DNA of 64,000 nucleotides, from the NCBI GenBank assembly GCA_963697895.1, contig OY969100.1, positions 288,001 through 352,000 of the forward strand. Direction: 5' to 3'. Origin of the DNA: an uncultured Methanomicrobiales archaeon. Its GTDB lineage: Archaea > Halobacteriota > Methanomicrobia > Methanomicrobiales > Methanospirillaceae. Below are positions 62,145 through 64,000 of this stretch, piece after piece. Position 1 is the stretch's first letter. Every line of letters begins with the position of its first letter. The position numbers and the translations under genes are program-made. Under the pieces are notes generated by a model, which was given only the letters and a program-made list of their open reading frames with translations, did not search any database and was not told where the DNA came from.

Positions 62145-62862
62145 GCTCCAGTCCCTCCCTGATCTCACGCTTTGCCTCCTGCAAGAGATAATGGTTATCC
62201 AGAGAACTGATCAGTTCTGCTGCCTCTTCCGGTTCGATCTCCCGGCAGCCACGGGTTATCTCCGGAAGCGCCCGGCAAACCTCGTCGACGATGGTAAGGG
62301 TGGCCGTCCGGGATGTTCGGGAGAGCGGATTGAGGTCGATCGCAATCACCTGTTTTCCCATCGCCCGGAGGGCTCCACACCGATCACCGTCCTCGAGGGG
62401 TACCAGAATGAGATCTGCCGAGCCGATGCCTCCGGGCAGGCACCACGCTCTCTCATGGGAAAGGGGAATCAGACGCTGGGGTGTTCCGTTAAGTACAGAG
62501 ACGTCGCAGGACTCCAGAAGATCGGTAATCCGGCGAATCCGCTCTTCTGTCCGGTGGAAGAGGTTGACCTCGACCAGCGCGCCGGATGCACGTTGCAGAC
62601 GGGCGATCTCCCGTGCTGCGAGCCCCGCCGTATTCCCGTTCACAGAGATCACCGGCCGTCTGGCGGAAATAAGCATCGCTGCAGCGATCCGTTCCGCAAT
62701 CGCTGCGCTTTCCGTTGTCTTTTCTCCTATCATATAATCAAATGCCTCTCCGCGTCCGTGTGCAACGAGCCCCTCAAAAGATAGAATTCCCTCGCGGGCA
62801 AGCAGAGAAAGCCGTTCACGCGTCACCAGGGAACGGTAACGAGGATGGTCCTCCGGTATCAT
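62131..62862 (-). CDS. Phosphopantothenate synthetase (archaeal)
   Basis: HPRYRSL, HGRGEAFDY, VPLEDGDR, DLNPLSRT. Confidence 0.95.
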   Translation of the reverse strand: MIPEDHPRYRSLVTRERLSLLAREGILSFEGLVAHGRGEAFDYMIGEKTTESAAIAERIAAAMLISARRPVISVNGNTAGLAAREIARLQRASGALVEVNLFHRTEERIRRITDLLESCDVSVLNGTPQRLIPLSHERAWCLPGGIGSADLILVPLEDGDRCGALRAMGKQVIAIDLNPLSRTSRTATLTIVDEVCRALPEITRGCREIEPEEAAELISSLDNHYLLQEAKREIREGLEHALD

Positions 62863-63722
62863 TTTTCCACCCCGCAGAGACGAAAGCCTTCTGAAGCGAC
62901 ATGAAGACGGTAGACTTCCCCGAATGGTGAGAGCACAGAGATTGCCTGTTTGCCGAGAGCAAAAACACCGTTACCGAGCATCGTCATGCTTGAGGGGATC
63001 TCACTCGCATCACAGGCAGCTAACATCTCCCGGACCGGAGGCATAATCAGGCCGCTTCTCTCCGCGAAGATCCGGGATTTTCTGAAGAGATCCTGGGGAT
63101 TTTCCGGGCAGCCACCGGGAAATGCCCGGTACACCGATTCCATAATCCCCGGGGAACCAAGAATAGTCGGAGTAGAAAGCGGACTCCCTGTCACCACGGC
63201 GATCGTATCCGCGAGATCAAACCGCCTGATAATTCCTGCGCTGATACCGGGGCCGCAACGGCAGTCATATCCTCCACCCTGGCATGCAGCGACATCCCCG
63301 AGTCCGGTTTGATGAACGATCTCCGATTCGTGTGCAAGTGCGGTACATTCCTCAGGCGAAAGGCCGATGGAGAAAAGGGCATTCAATGCAGTGGCTGAAC
63401 CAAGGAGAGCGGCTGCACTCAACCCAAAACCGGCCCCGATAGGAAGGTGGCAGACTGTCCTGATCGATACCGTCACGTCCAGCATGCCGATCAGGTATTC
63501 TACCGGCGGTGATCCGGCAATCTTCTCGACCACTTCGTTCCCCTGACCATACCGGTATATCATTACATCGGTAACCGGAGCGGGAGATGCGTACACGGTC
63601 ACCCCTTCATCGATGACGATGCCTGCCCCGATGCTTCCACAGGTCTCCTCATCGTCTCCCATTACCGGGCGAAAATAACCCGATATATGACCCGGACAGA
63701 AAGCGACGGCAGTTTTGGACAT
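62859..63722 (-). CDS. Pantoate kinase (GHMP family)
   Basis: PGHISGYF, GSIGAG, PIGAGFGLSAA, TGLGDV, MLGNGVF. Confidence 0.93.
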   Translation of the reverse strand: MSKTAVAFCPGHISGYFRPVMGDDEETCGSIGAGIVIDEGVTVYASPAPVTDVMIYRYGQGNEVVEKIAGSPPVEYLIGMLDVTVSIRTVCHLPIGAGFGLSAAALLGSATALNALFSIGLSPEECTALAHESEIVHQTGLGDVAACQGGGYDCRCGPGISAGIIRRFDLADTIAVVTGSPLSTPTILGSPGIMESVYRAFPGGCPENPQDLFRKSRIFAERSGLIMPPVREMLAACDASEIPSSMTMLGNGVFALGKQAISVLSPFGEVYRLHVASEGFRLCGVEK

Positions 63723-63863
63723 ATTCGGATCAACCCGCCGGAGGACGGTTCTTTTCACCCTTCAAAAAGGACGCGTATTAGCTTCGCCCTTTGATTATTA
63801 AAGCACTCGGGGAGCCGCGGGACCAATACGAACCCGTGCAGTGCCGGTTGTTCCACGAAAATT

Positions 63864-63998
63864 TCACCGTTCCCGGTTTTGCATAATTTCCAGCACCCGT
63901 GACCAAATCGCATCAGCCGCATCTTCTTTCGTCCCGCTGCATCTGCCTCTCTGTTCCGCGGTGATCAGCCCGAAATCCCCGCCAGGGGCTCCCATTGC
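63864..63998 (-). CDS. 3' end of a gene, probably CoaBC (partial)
   Basis: AMGAPGGDFGLI...GTKEDAADAIW resembles the CoaBC C-terminus; lies upstream of the PoK/PPS genes. Confidence 0.55.
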   Translation of the reverse strand, partial: AMGAPGGDFGLITAEQRGRCSGTKEDAADAIWSRVLEIMQNRER

Positions 63999-64000
63999 AT

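Noticed and set aside
1-64000. Prophage, IS element or defence island
   Set aside because: No integrase, transposase, capsid, restriction-modification or toxin-antitoxin gene was recognised; content is mainly housekeeping.

Overview
Chromosomal segment of a hydrogenotrophic methanogenic archaeon, most likely Methanomicrobiales (Methanoregulaceae-like). The assignment rests on fae-hps, cofE, F420-type fdhAB, pantoate kinase/PPS, proteasome beta, aCPSF1, pelota, Hef, and bacterial-type gyrA and ruvCAB. The window is mostly core housekeeping DNA with about 55 CDS, three tRNAs (Trp with a box C/D intron, Ala-GGC, Pro-TGG) and two tRNA-Ala relics. I found no CRISPR array, transposase or integrase. 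Points worth a second look: (1) a non-coding 92/93-bp tandem array directly after gyrA; (2) a tRNA-Ala cluster (5' fragment, intact gene, degenerate copy) immediately upstream of a doubled DUF47-PiT phosphate operon; (3) six +1 frameshifts that are all repaired by restoring an AGCT (5) or GTAC (1) site, suggesting methylation-driven sequencing errors rather than pseudogenes; (4) a head-to-head ribosome-rescue cluster (rqcH-pelota / EMC6-like-ABCE1); (5) two duplicated TPR genes sharing a TGCA(A/T)-N7-TTGCA box, next to a large HTH-multi-PAS regulator; (6) a repeat-built, translationally coupled mini-ORF inside a metal ABC operon. All family calls come from motif recognition by eye, not database searches.
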